A DNA stretch of 64,000 nt from the NCBI GenBank assembly GCA_963769935.1, contig CAVYNY010000038.1:58448-122447 (forward strand), given 5' to 3'. The DNA is from an uncultured delta proteobacterium. GTDB lineage: Bacteria; Desulfobacterota; Desulfobacteria; Desulfobacterales; JAFDCJ01. Both the position numbers and the translations under genes were made by a program. The number at the start of each line of letters is the position of its first letter. Position 1 is the first letter of the stretch. This document shows, piece by piece, positions 18,625 to 29,655 of the stretch. A model generated the notes under the pieces. The model was not told where the DNA came from and searched no databases. It saw nothing but the letters and a program-made list of their open reading frames with translations.

Positions 18625-20687
18625 CTATCGGTTCCAATTTCGGTCCCAGTCTCGGTTCCAATTTCGGTCCCAGTCTCGGTTCCAATTTCGGTCCCAACCT
18701 CGGTCCCAATCCCGGTCATGATCTCGTTCGCGGGCGCAGGTGAAGCTTGATGCCAAGTTGGGGTCGCCGGATCCCTTGTATTTCGGCCAGGTCGGATACT
18801 CGCACAGCGGACGGGTGCGGCCCACATGGACAGCGGTATCGGTCACGATCTGGTCCGCCGGAGCGTTTCCCTTTTCTACCCAGTTTTCAAGCGCGGTGAG
18901 CGAGTCCCAGCCAGGGGTAAACGCGGCACCGAAGGCATGACCGACCCCGGGACCTCGTAAAACCTGGCAAACTTTCTGACTCTCGTAGGCCCGAATTGAG
19001 CCTGCAATAGTTCCCAGTACATCTCGCTGGCACGGGTGCTGACAAGCACGTCCTGCAGGCCGTGGGCAAGCAGCAGCTTGCCGCCACGGGCGACGAACGC
19101 CGAGATGTCCGTTTTCGTGTCGAGCTCTTTGCTGAGCTCGCTGATGCGATGAGCATAGGGGCCAGGGTTTTCGGGGTCGATCGAGAGTGTGTCGAAAGTG
19201 CCGGTTGGGTCGCCCACCACGGCGTATTTCATGAACTGGTCCATAAACGGACTGAGATACGGCATGCTTTGGTTCGCGGGGAGCGCCGGCTGTAAATACC
19301 CAAGGGTCAGGAAGATTACGTAGGCCTGCAGCGAATATCCTCCGGCGTCCGCTTGGGTCCTGCCAAGATCCGCGCCCCATACATTGCAGCCGGGGAATGA
19401 CTGCAATCCGCTCGCCATATAGAAGTGAAAGTTCGCGGGCGTGTTGTAAATGTTCAAGGCTTCAATTTGCGCATCCGACAGGCATTGTCAGCGGTGTCCT
19501 CACTTCCATCGCAGCGCACTACATCCGGATCGAATATCTCATTGCATTCCGTCTGGTTGCTGATTATGCCATCGGCGACACCATCCAGCTCATCGCAAAC
19601 CATCATTGCCGCGTCATAGAGCACCTTCCGCTGTGCCTGGTTGGGATAGGCATCCGGCTCCGCCATAGCTCTCATAATGCGCTGGCCTTGAAGCAGGGCG
19701 CCCATATCGTTCCAGGCCGGATACAAAGCGATGGCGCCGTCCCAGTCCGCGGGCCAGCGTTGAATGGCGGCCAATGCCTCACGCCCGCCGGTCGAGCCGC
19801 CCATAAAATACGATCTTTTTCGGATTCCGGCCATAGTAGTAATTGATGATGTAGACTGCCGCATCGCGGGTCTTCTTCGGTGCCTCGACGGTGAAGTTGC
19901 GCAAAGCCTCGTCGTTGAGGGCGAAAGAGCAGTCCTGCGAACCTAAGGACCCGGCCTGGTGACCGGAGTCACTGCCGAAGGTGGCATAGCCACGCCCCAA
20001 CGGCACCAACTGATCCGTTGGACCGAATCCCACATTCCCGGCCACATTCGGGATCGAGCCGTCGAAGCCGCCGCCGCCAAACGCCATCGCTTTATGGTTC
20101 CAACTTGCAGGCAGGTCGACCTGGAACTTGATATTCGGCGCAGTCGGGTCCACCGGACTGATTTCGCCCAGTACCATGCAATATGCTCCGATGGCTGCAG
20201 CCCCAGTGCCGGCCGCTGGGACTACTGTTGTGCCGGTGACCACGGCCCCGGTAGTCGGCAAGTCAATCGATGCCGCGGGAATCACCATACCGTTGATTTC
20301 CGCGCAGGCCAACGCCTGAGTCGTATCCTCCAGCGCATCAATTAAATCGGCCCTTTGAGAGGCGACAATCCATTTGGCAATTTTGTTTTCGATATTCTTC
20401 TTCAGTTTGTCCTTGGCACCCGTGTAAGCGCCGGCCTCGAGCTGGTCAAAAGTTGCATCGATTTTGTTAAGCAGCGCATCCCGATTGTTACGGTTCCGGA
20501 AAGCTGAGTCCGGAAGATCATTGATGAGGTCTTCCACATTCGTCAGGGCTTTCCAAGCGCTGTCAAAAGCGCTCGCAGCCTGAGCCGTTGTTATCTGAGG
20601 AGAAGGCACCCAGGTCAATCCCAGACTCACAAGGCAGAACAGAACGGAATACAGAATCCTAACAGCTCCATTTCCAATCTTCTTCAT
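18625..20687 (-). pseudogene. Secreted tannase/feruloyl esterase (MHETase-family) hydrolase with 3 frameshifts
   Basis: Signal peptide; GGGGFDG, SDSGH, GGSTGGRE nucleophile elbow, CDELDGVADG, AHGLQD, PGVGH, RPLCEYP spread over 4 consecutive frames; shifts at ~19810, ~19485 and ~18947. Confidence 0.85.
18628..18723. repeat. 12-bp tandem repeat (about 8 units, 24-bp higher order) encoding an RDWD/RNWN tail
   Basis: Alternating tcggttccaatt / tcggtcccagtc units. Confidence 0.9.
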
Positions 20688-20688
20688 T

Positions 20689-20985
20689 TTAAGACCTCCT
20701 TTTCAATAAGGCATGAGTTGCATTTTCATAAATCTTAAATGTTATTTCGAATTGGGAATTGTTTAATGAAACTAAGGCCTTGCACGCGGATGGTGGACAC
20801 CAATCATCCTTTTCGCCTGACAAAATCAGCAAATCAGCGTTAAGCTTAAAAATATCAGAACAATATGGATAAAATAAAACTGCACATTGGAATAGTTCTT
20901 CCTTAGATTTCGTAAATTCGCGGTGCCCTCCGCATTTTCCCTTAAACAAGCGGGGAAAATGAGAGGCGCTGTTGAACCCCATAGA
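20689..20985 (-). pseudogene. Chimeric remnant: AraC HTH fragment fused to a dienelactone-hydrolase C-terminal fragment
   Basis: GFNSASHFPRLFK (AraC-like) followed by FYPYC...LILSGEKDDWCP...YENATH (DLH-like Asp/His region). Confidence 0.55.
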
Positions 20986-21076
20986 TAATGCACACAACAA
21001 CCGCTGATAAAGTACAGAACCCCGGGGGACGGAAATTATCACCGCCCCTCTGGTTTCCGGTTTCGAGCATTAACTG

Positions 21077-23008
21077 CTATGGAATTAGTCCAAAAGCATT
21101 AAAAACAGGTCCGGCTGTGGGAAACCTGTCTCTTGCCGCCTGAATATCTTGGGAATAATGATCCATGGCCGTGGTGCTCTCCACACTGATATCATAGGCG
21201 GTGAGATCGGCATCGAAGACGATCACTTTCGGTTCTCCAACCGCATTGGACCACTGGGGCCACTCCGGGCGAGGGTAACCCATCAAATTGGGATCTCCCG
21301 TCCATACAAACGATCCCAGATAATCCATCATTGCACGCTGGAGAGCTTCGCGACCGGGCCGATTGGTCTCCGAGAAACCCCAGCCAAAGAGGTCGTCGTC
21401 CCAACCGAAGAAAAAAGGAAGCTCCGCAGCGTGGCAAGGGCCGACAAGCAACCTGAAAGCTTCTTTCTCCGGATCGCCTCCGCCCCCCCATTGGAAGACA
21501 TAACTGTAAACCGGATTCTCATCATTTTCGTCCTTGATTGCAGCCGCCGGCTGGTCTGCGCCTCCGTCCCGCCACTGGCGAGTCCAAAGGTCCCGCTATT
21601 GTTTCATAAAGAGCCTTGTCCTCTGGGGAAGGCAATACGTCATCGAGTGTCAGGTCGCCCGGGTCAAAGACCCTGAATGCATCTCCCCAGGAGTAATCGC
21701 CCGATGGAAAACCAAGTAACTTCGGATAGGCACCGTAGTATCGCATATACGCCTTGTACTCGTAACGGTTGGTTCCGATCAGCAGGGGCACCCGGTTATG
21801 TTGTCCACTCTCGATTGTGGGATAAAAGCCTTCAGCCGGGACAACGTTCCCATCGAGGAAAGGTTGTACACTCCCTCCCGCCGCGATGTGGGCTGCCATG
21901 ATTTCTTCAGCAGACTTCCATCTGAGGTAATCCTCGATCTCGTCGTTGGTCATGTTTGCCCGATATGCTGCGGGATCCCCCCCACACCGACGGTTCCGTC
22001 ATCCACGAGGAGCCACTCGATCATCTTATTTGTCTTGGCATCCCCTGTTGCCGGAGTGTCGAAGGTGGCTGAAGGCGGTGCGCCGCTCTCCACGACAGCA
22101 GATCTAAAGAGCCCCGAAGCCTTGGGCGATATGAGCAGGGTAAGCGTATCCAGCGCCCCTGCCGACTCACCGGCCAAGGTAACACTTAGCGGATTTCCGC
22201 CGAATGCACCGATGTTTTCTCTGGTCCACTTAAGCGCTTGGATTTGGTCGAGGATACCGAAATTTCCGGATGCGTCCAGTGCATTTTCGTCATCCCGAAA
22301 AGCAGGGTGAGAGAGCCAGCCGAAGGGGCCCAGACGGTATTGGACCACCACGACAATGATGTTCTCTCTTTTGGCCAGTGCTTTCCCGTCGTAATTCGTG
22401 GCGCCACCGAAAACATTGGATCCTCCGTGAAGCCATACGTAGACGGGAAGATGTTTGTCATCCGTGTCAGGGCGGTAGATATCTACGTAAAGGCAATCCT
22501 CACTCCCTACAATTTCCCCCGAGGTAATCCACGTGCGGCTTGTCAATCGTTGCGTGCACTCGCTGCAAGGTTCCGTAGCATCTCTGACTCCCGCCCAATG
22601 CTCAGGGTCTTCGGGAGCAGTCCAGCGAAGCCCTCCCACCGGTGGTTTCGCAAATGGGACGCCTTTCCAGACCCAGGTTCCGTTGCTCTCCTGGTAGCCC
22701 TTGAGTTTGCCGTATTTCGTCTCTATAATCTCTTTATTCCATCCATCATTCCACCTGTATTCAGGAGAACCCCACGACGGTCGTCTCTTAAATGGGACGT
22801 TTTTCCAAACCCAGGTTCCGCTGCTCTCCTGGTAGCCCTTGAGTTTGCCGTATTCAGTCTCTATAATCTTTGTGTTCCGGTTATCATTGCGCGCGTGATC
22901 AGGAGGACCCCACGACGGTTGCTTCCCCTGCCCTTGACCTGCGATCGCAACGCCACAAGCGAAGAAAAGAAACACTCCGAGAATCATAATAGCAATCGCT
23001 TTTTTCAT
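21077..23008 (-). pseudogene. Secreted type-B carboxylesterase (pNB-esterase family) with 2 frameshifts
   Basis: GVPFAKPPVGGLRW, SEDCLY, WLHGGSN, GESAG, GTNRYE, CHAAEL; shifts at G-runs ~21980 and ~21593. Confidence 0.85.
22652..22919. repeat. Diverged 138-bp (46-aa) tandem duplication in the carboxylesterase N-terminus
   Basis: PSWG...IIET(E/K)YGKLKGYQES(S/N)GTWVWK(N/G)VPF occurs twice. Confidence 0.9.
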
Positions 23009-23574
23009 ACCGTTGCCTCCTTTATAGTATAGACTTGATTTGTAATGAGATCTTTCTTTGCAATACTATCGAGATTACCCATAATTGTTCTTTGAAAAAT
23101 TTACTTAATTTTAACAGGCTGATATGCGCATTTGAATGCCTTTTGGCATTCGAAGGTATGGACGAATTATATCAAGCGACATCATTTCGAAACTAAAGGA
23201 TCAGACAGCACCTGTTCATAAGGGCTCATTATGGTTCATTCAGAAAAACGGTTGAAACTCAAATATAGATATGGAAAATATATAGAGATGAAAAAAGTGA
23301 GCTGAATAATATTCTAATATAAAATCTCTGTCAAGTTCTAATTATAATCTGATATAACATATTAAATATATATGGAATATATTATTTTTTTTAGATAACT
23401 CCGAATTTTAGTTTTTCCCCTAATTAATATATATTTTGTCGAATATTGCTCGATATTAGTGAATAATATTGCCAAAATCAAATAAAGAGCTATAGGTTTA
23501 TTGCCGTTTTAAAGACAATCCGTTTGATCCCGCTGCTTTTCAGCAGGGCTTACTGATTTTGCAAGGGGTAACTA

Positions 23575-24747
23575 ATGATGAGCGAAAAGAAGCAAAAAAT
23601 TCTGGATGCGGCCGAGCGTATTATGTCTGCCAAGGGACGAAGCGCTACAATCAGCGAAATAAGCGCCGCTTCTGGGGTAACGGATTCTGTGCTCTATCAT
23701 TATTTCGAAAACAAAGAGGACTTACTTTTCTCTGTCGCACAAGAGCACCTCAGGGATGCACTGGAAAAATTGGATGAACAACTCCAGGGCATCATGGATC
23801 CGGTCAATCAGCTTAGTAAGTTAATATGGTTTCAACTGTATTACCATGACACTCACCCTGACTATGGAAATCTCCTTTTGTTCGAATGTCGCTCAAGCAA
23901 GCGGTTTATGAACCATGAGGCTTACGGATTGATTAAGCGTTGGTCCGGCATCGGAATAGAAATTCTCAACAATGGAATTTCTGACGGCTCTTTCCGCAAA
24001 GACCTTGCCCTCCCAATAGTTCGTGATGCAATTTTTGGATTGGTTGATATGGAAAATATTCAGTTCCTGACTGCACGAGAACAGCTACAGGCACATAAGG
24101 ACCTGGACGCTATTTTGGACCTCGTGCTGCCGATGATTCGACCCGATACAGAGGAGTGTGCCCCTAAAAACAACAAGGCCGGCAGAATACTGGCGTCTGC
24201 TTTAAGCGTTTTTGCCGCAAAAGGATTTCAGAACGCTACGGTACAGGAGATTTCAAAATCGGCGAATGTGTCTGAAGGAACTATTTACGAATATTTTAAC
24301 AACAAGGAAGATTTGCTCTTTTCCATACTTGAGCGGCAATTTCAGAACAATCTTGATTTGCTTGATGAGTTGTTTGAAGTCAGGACCCCGCTGCGCAAAC
24401 TAAAACGCTTCATGCGCTATCATTTCACGATCTATCTTACCCAGCCTGTTTTTGTAAAAGTTTTTTTGTTTGATGCGATTTACAATTCCGGCTTCTACGC
24501 CTCAAACGCCTATCAACCCTTTAAGCAATACATCGAAAGCATCTATGCGATTCTTGACGAGGGTAAAAAAGATGGCAGTATACGGCCGGAAATCAATAAT
24601 CGTGTATTCAGAAATCTTTTTATGGGAATCTTCAGCCACATGGCCTTGAGGTGGCTGTTTACGCAAAAAGGCCGCCAGACTGATAAAATCGAAGAGATTA
24701 ATGCGGCCGTTGCCCTTTTAAGCCGATCCATTGCGTCAAAAAAATAA
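23575..24747 (+). CDS. Tandem double-TetR transcriptional regulator
   Basis: Two TetR HTHs: ATISEISAASGV..LYHYFENKEDLL and ATVQEISKSANVSEGTIYEYFNNKEDLL. Confidence 0.92.
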   Translation: MMSEKKQKILDAAERIMSAKGRSATISEISAASGVTDSVLYHYFENKEDLLFSVAQEHLRDALEKLDEQLQGIMDPVNQLSKLIWFQLYYHDTHPDYGNLLLFECRSSKRFMNHEAYGLIKRWSGIGIEILNNGISDGSFRKDLALPIVRDAIFGLVDMENIQFLTAREQLQAHKDLDAILDLVLPMIRPDTEECAPKNNKAGRILASALSVFAAKGFQNATVQEISKSANVSEGTIYEYFNNKEDLLFSILERQFQNNLDLLDELFEVRTPLRKLKRFMRYHFTIYLTQPVFVKVFLFDAIYNSGFYASNAYQPFKQYIESIYAILDEGKKDGSIRPEINNRVFRNLFMGIFSHMALRWLFTQKGRQTDKIEEINAAVALLSRSIASKK

Positions 24748-25123
24748 AGTTCACGGACCGTGAGGTCTAATCCGGCTAACCGAATATCGGCACAAAAAAC
24801 TGATGCTAAATTGCCTGTTCGCAGCCGTATCCAAAACCCTGGTGACTTTCGGTGAAATTTAATCTTAATTTCGGTATACATAAAAGTAGGCGGGAAACTA
24901 TATGCAACTAAGACGTTGTTGATCTATTAAAATCTCAATTTTATCTTTAATTTGGGGGTTGTAGGCAAAAAAAGTGCTAAAATTTGCTAATCTTTTAATC
25001 CGAATCGAATGATATTAATGAGTTAGGTGGTTTGTACCTTTAGCCGAAGCTCAAAAACTTGTAGGCACATGTTTTAACAATATTTGAGTGCGAAACAAAT
25101 TAAAAAGAACCGTTATGTTTAAA

Positions 25124-25620
25124 AGCTGACCCTCAAAGGCTGGCATGTCATGCAGGGCTATTGGAAAAATCCGGCGGAAACCCAAAGACAGATTATCGAT
25201 GGATGGCTTCACATGGGAGATCTGGCATCCAAAGAAGCAAACGGCTACCTGAAAATTTACGGGCGCACCAAGGACCTGATCAACCGCGGCGGCTATAAAA
25301 TTTATCCCTATGAACTGGAATGCCTGCTGGTCGAACATCCCAAAGTCGAACAAGTCTGCATCGTCGCAACGCCGAATCCGGTTCTGGGCGAATCCATCTG
25401 CGCTTGTGTAGTCCCCAAACCGGGTCAAACAGTTACCCTGGCAGAAGTCAGGGAGTTACTGCAGGATCGGGTTGCCCCGCATAAACTGCCCGACGAACTT
25501 TGTGTCATGGAAGATTTCCCGAAGTTATCCGGCGGTATAAAAATTAAAAAATTCGGCCAGGGCGGCCTGGCGGAGTTGGCCGAAAAGGACGAATCCAGGC
25601 AAAAAATTCGAAGGAAGTGA
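25124..25620 (+). pseudogene. Direct repeat copy 2: 5'-truncated CoA ligase 3' end
   Basis: Near-identical to 17638-18126; no upstream ligase sequence; ends KIRRK versus KIRKK. Confidence 0.9.
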
Positions 25621-25648
25621 TGGTCGCTCAACAAACCACCGGCAATAC

Positions 25649-26464
25649 CTACCTTTTCTTGAGACTCAAAATTTCTCGGGCCTCATCGGGAGTCGCAATT
25701 TCACGTCCGCACTCCCGGGAAATCCTGACAATACGCTCGACAAACTGGGCATTGGTTTTAGCCAGAACACCTTTGGCGTAGTATAAGCTGTCTTCCAAAC
25801 CGACCCGGATGTGACCTCCCATCACGAGCGCCAGCATGGACATCGACAGCTGCCATCTGCCGGCCCCGATGACGGACCAGGTGGAAGACTGCGGGATATG
25901 ATCCAGCAAGTGCAGCAGGGATTTCGGCGTTGCGGGAGCACCCCAGGGTGTTCCCAAAACCAATTGAAAATGAAGCGGTTCATCTACCTTTCCCTGATCT
26001 CTCAAATGCAAAGCGGTAATCAGCATGCCGAGGTCGAATGTTTCAAATTCAGGCTTAACCCCGTTGTCTCTCATTTTTTCGGCTGCCCGATCCAGAAACT
26101 CCGGTGAATTCACATAAACAGAACGGCCCCGATTGAAGGAGCCGGCATCAAAAGAGGCCAGCTCCGGTTTTAAATCAACCGGTGCCAGCCGTTCCTCGGT
26201 GGCAAAGTTTCCGCTGGTGGTCAGGCATAAGATCAGATCGGTTCTCTCCCGCAGCGGTTCCACCACCTGCCTGAAAACCTCCACATCCTGCGTGCCAAGG
26301 CCCGTTTGCGGGTCCCGGACATGGATATGAGCGATGGCGGCCCCCGCCTGCCAGCATTCATAGGCCGACTGGACAATTTCTCCCGGCGTTAAGGGAATAT
26401 AGGGAGTCATCTCGCGGGTGATCCGGCCGCCGGTAATGGCGGCGGTAATGATGAGTTTCTCCAC
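25649..26464 (-). CDS. Beta-keto acid cleavage enzyme (BKACE/Kce, DUF849)
   Basis: IITAAITG, AGAAIAHIHVRD, PELAS, GGHIRVGLED, EIATPDEAR. Confidence 0.93.
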   Translation of the reverse strand: MEKLIITAAITGGRITREMTPYIPLTPGEIVQSAYECWQAGAAIAHIHVRDPQTGLGTQDVEVFRQVVEPLRERTDLILCLTTSGNFATEERLAPVDLKPELASFDAGSFNRGRSVYVNSPEFLDRAAEKMRDNGVKPEFETFDLGMLITALHLRDQGKVDEPLHFQLVLGTPWGAPATPKSLLHLLDHIPQSSTWSVIGAGRWQLSMSMLALVMGGHIRVGLEDSLYYAKGVLAKTNAQFVERIVRISRECGREIATPDEAREILSLKKR

Positions 26465-26702
26465 GTCAGGAACCTCTCGCGCTTGAGTTAAAAACCAGCA
26501 GGAAGTATTGGTTACTAGTCGCCTTAGTAGGTTTCAGGTGTTCCGCCTTCGGCGGACCGATGGCCAAAGCAACGGCCGGTCTGATCGAAAAATAAAACTG
26601 AATAATTCACCGCCGAGTTCGCGGAGGAACGCTGAGAAAATTCTCAGACAATTTTTCTTAACCTCAGCGATCTCAGCGGTCTCTGCGGTGAGTTGCATCT
26701 AA

Positions 26703-28061
26703 CTATTTATCCCGATGCTGTTTGACCTGCTCCAGGACGCGATCAATAAAGTGCTGGGTTTGACCGAGATAATTTTCCGGTTTGGCCAGCGTCTCCCAGT
26801 CTATTTTATTCTGCGGCGCTGTCGCGCCGAACTTTTGTTTGACAACTTCAATCAGTGAGCGGTTTTCAGCGGCGGCAACGCCGCAGGCCTGCTTCACCAG
26901 GGCCTGGGCCTCGGGACGTGAAATTTCGGCCGACAGCGCCTGAACCGCGGCCTCCGCCAGCACGAGATCATTCGAACGTGCAATATTTTCCCGCATCGCG
27001 TCTTCATTGACCTTGAGATTTTTAGCCAGAAACAAGGCGTTCCTGAGCGCTCCGCCCGTTAATACGATCATCTGGGAAAGGGTCAGCCACTCAACCTGCC
27101 AGCCATGGGTGGCCCGCTCGTGTTCCTGGATCATGGCCTGATGCATGGCCGACAAAAGGGATGCATTCGTGCGGGCTGCTGCAATGATGAGTTCGCTGAC
27201 AATGGGATTGCGCTTCTGCGGCATGGAGCTGCTCCCTCCGCGGTCCGGCTCGCCCGATTCCGCGACCTCCCCGACTTCATTCTGGGCCAGCAGAATGATG
27301 TCCTGGGCCATCTTGGCCAGGCTGGCTGTGAGCATACTCAACCAACCGGCGAACTCGGCCAAACTGTCCCGCTGACTGTGCCACGGCATCAGCGGCAGAC
27401 TCAAATCCAGCTCCCGCGCAAGGGCCTGCATCACAGCCATTCCATTGTCTCCCAGCGCCGCCAGGGTGCCGGCTGCTCCGCCGAACTGGAGCTGCAGCAG
27501 CCCGCTGCGCTGGGCGGCCAGCCGGTTTCGGTGCCGCAGCAGCGGCGCGAGCCAGCCCGCTGCCTTTAAGCCGAAGCTGACGGGCAGGGCTTGCTGGCCA
27601 TGGGTTCGTCCGGCCATCACCGTTGCACGATGACGATCGGCCAATTCTGCCAGGCCACCGATGATCATTGCCAGCCGATTCTCCATGATTCCCAGCGCGG
27701 AACGAATCTGAAGCACCGTTGCCGTATCGACAATATCCTGCGTGGTTGCCCCCCAGTGGACGTAGGGTGCCGCTTCCCGGCCGACGGCTGCCCGCAAAGC
27801 CTTTACCAGCCCGATGACGGGGACGCCGTCGCGCAGCATGCCTTGTCCGATCTGCTGTGGATCCAAGGCGACGCTGCCGGCAATTTTTGAGATCCGTTCG
27901 CCCGCCGCGGAAGGGATGATGCCCAGCCTCGCTTCAACCCGGGCCAGGGCGCCTTCGACCGCGAGCATGGCCCGCAGAAAAGCATCGTCGTCAAAGAGCC
28001 CGGCAATTTCCGGATCACTGAAAAGCGGGCCGAATATTTTAGAATCGAGAGGTAGAGTCAT
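26703..28061 (-). CDS. pcaB: 3-carboxy-cis,cis-muconate cycloisomerase
   Basis: HWGATTQD, GRTHGQQA, GGSSSMPQKRNP, QEHERATHGWQVEW; next to pcaG. Confidence 0.9.
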   Translation of the reverse strand: MTLPLDSKIFGPLFSDPEIAGLFDDDAFLRAMLAVEGALARVEARLGIIPSAAGERISKIAGSVALDPQQIGQGMLRDGVPVIGLVKALRAAVGREAAPYVHWGATTQDIVDTATVLQIRSALGIMENRLAMIIGGLAELADRHRATVMAGRTHGQQALPVSFGLKAAGWLAPLLRHRNRLAAQRSGLLQLQFGGAAGTLAALGDNGMAVMQALARELDLSLPLMPWHSQRDSLAEFAGWLSMLTASLAKMAQDIILLAQNEVGEVAESGEPDRGGSSSMPQKRNPIVSELIIAAARTNASLLSAMHQAMIQEHERATHGWQVEWLTLSQMIVLTGGALRNALFLAKNLKVNEDAMRENIARSNDLVLAEAAVQALSAEISRPEAQALVKQACGVAAAENRSLIEVVKQKFGATAPQNKIDWETLAKPENYLGQTQHFIDRVLEQVKQHRDK

Positions 28062-28064
28062 GCT

Positions 28065-28667
28065 TCACGCATCAAAAAACGCGGTTTCGTTCTCGCCCTG
28101 GATGTGAATATCGAAGCGGTAGATTACTTTGCCTTCCGCCTTTTCGCGACCGGCAATCAGGGTATTTCTCCGGGCTGGGTCGTCAATGCTCACCAGGACG
28201 GGATCGTTTTGATTGGCGGCTTCGCCTTCGAAGTAGATCCGGGTGAACGCATGCGACAGCATGCCACGCGCAAACACGATGACATTGATATGCGGCGCCT
28301 GCAGGGTATCATTCGATCCCGGAACCATGCCCGGTTTGATGGTTTCAAACCAGTAGTTGCCGCTGGTGTCGGTTGCTGTCCGTCCGTGTCCCATGAATTC
28401 GGGATCGAGCGGTTTAGCCTGTTCGTCTAAAGGGTGATGGTAGCGTCCATGCCTGTTTGCCTGCCAGATTTCGATCAAGGCATCTTCAATCGGATGTCCC
28501 TCGCCGTCGGTAACACAGCCTTCGATCCGGATTCGCTCACCTTCCGTTTTTTCTGAGACCAGAACATTGGTAAATATTTTATCACCTGCACGCAGAAGCC
28601 CCTGGGAAAAATAGGGGCCGACCGTCTGGGAGGGGCTTTGAGTCATCATCGGATTGTAGGGTTTCAT
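28065..28667 (-). CDS. pcaG: Protocatechuate 3,4-dioxygenase alpha subunit
   Basis: PSQTVGPY, IEIWQAN, QAPHINVIVFARG, TRIYF, ETAFFD. Confidence 0.95.
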   Translation of the reverse strand: MKPYNPMMTQSPSQTVGPYFSQGLLRAGDKIFTNVLVSEKTEGERIRIEGCVTDGEGHPIEDALIEIWQANRHGRYHHPLDEQAKPLDPEFMGHGRTATDTSGNYWFETIKPGMVPGSNDTLQAPHINVIVFARGMLSHAFTRIYFEGEAANQNDPVLVSIDDPARRNTLIAGREKAEGKVIYRFDIHIQGENETAFFDA

Positions 28668-29383
28668 TTTCTCCCCTTAAACGGTGTCTCCTCCCGTCCT
28701 CTGAGCACAAAATCAAACCGGTAGCCCAGCGCCGAACCGGGTTCGGAAACATCGTGGGAAAATTTGGCAACCAGCCGCTGCCGGGCTTTCTCATCGGGGA
28801 TACCGTTGAATATGGGATCCAGTGGAATCAGCGGGTCGCCGGGAAAATACATCTGAGTTACGAGGCGCGTCACGAATGCCGAACCAAACAGCGAAAAATG
28901 GATGTGGGACGGGCGCCAGGCATTATAATGGTTGCCCCATGGATACGGTCCCGGTTTTATACTGACGAATCGATACTCGCCCTTTTCGTTGGTCATGCAG
29001 CGGCCGGCACCCGAAAAGTTGGGATCCAGGGGCGCATCGTGCTGATCACGTTTATGCGGGTAGCGGCCGGCGGCATTGGCCTGCCACACTTCGATCAGGG
29101 TGTTGGCCACCGGACGTCCATCCTCTTCCAGCACCCGCCCGGTAACGATGATCCGTTCCCCTATGGCTTCACCCCCCCTGCCCGCGTTGGTGGTCAGATC
29201 ACTGTCGCCGGGTTGAACGGTGTCATGTCCGTAAACCGGTCCGGTAATTTCCGATAAGGTCTGGATCAGCGGTATGAGTGGTTTGCGGGGCGACCGCAGC
29301 GGCGTCGACCGGTAGGGTTCATAGAGATACGGCGGATGTACGCTCCAGTCCCGTGGTCCGTACCGCTTGATTTTTAATTGCAT
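28664..29383 (-). CDS. pcaH: Protocatechuate 3,4-dioxygenase beta subunit
   Basis: SEITGP, WQANAAGRY, PGPYPW, WRPSHIHFS (Fe ligands Tyr, Tyr, His, His intact); overlaps the pcaG start. Confidence 0.95.
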   Translation of the reverse strand: MQLKIKRYGPRDWSVHPPYLYEPYRSTPLRSPRKPLIPLIQTLSEITGPVYGHDTVQPGDSDLTTNAGRGGEAIGERIIVTGRVLEEDGRPVANTLIEVWQANAAGRYPHKRDQHDAPLDPNFSGAGRCMTNEKGEYRFVSIKPGPYPWGNHYNAWRPSHIHFSLFGSAFVTRLVTQMYFPGDPLIPLDPIFNGIPDEKARQRLVAKFSHDVSEPGSALGYRFDFVLRGREETPFKGRK

Positions 29384-29655
29384 GTTTATCCCTCGCAAGA
29401 TGGCACTTCAGAAACTGCCTAGGATTCCAAAATACTGCATGTGTCTAAAGCTCAAAAAAATGCCTAAAATGCGCTAAAGTGACTAAAATGCCTAAAATTA
29501 ATGTATTCTGTCGTTTTATATGAACTATCAACCGGCGCGTCAACGCCATAGCCTTCTTTCTTTATCTTTTATCCTTTAGCCTTTCACCTTTTTCCTTTAT
29601 CCAGCAGCCAAGCCAACTCAATAAACTCAACAAACTCAATAAACCCAATCCACGC

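Noticed and set aside
18628..18723. Tandem repeat as a CRISPR array
   Set aside because: Units are 12 bp and contiguous with no unique spacers; no cas genes in the window.
18518..18838. Diverged duplicate as a DGR template/variable repeat pair
   Set aside because: Mismatches are not adenine-specific on either strand and no RT is present. The same applies to 22652-22919.
23304..23471. GAATAATATT(C/G) motifs as TetR operators
   Set aside because: Plausible, but short palindromes in very AT-rich DNA are too weak to report as a feature.
25150..25620. Independent 156-aa ligase gene
   Set aside because: It is only the duplicated 3' end of 16527-18134 and lacks the adenylation core.
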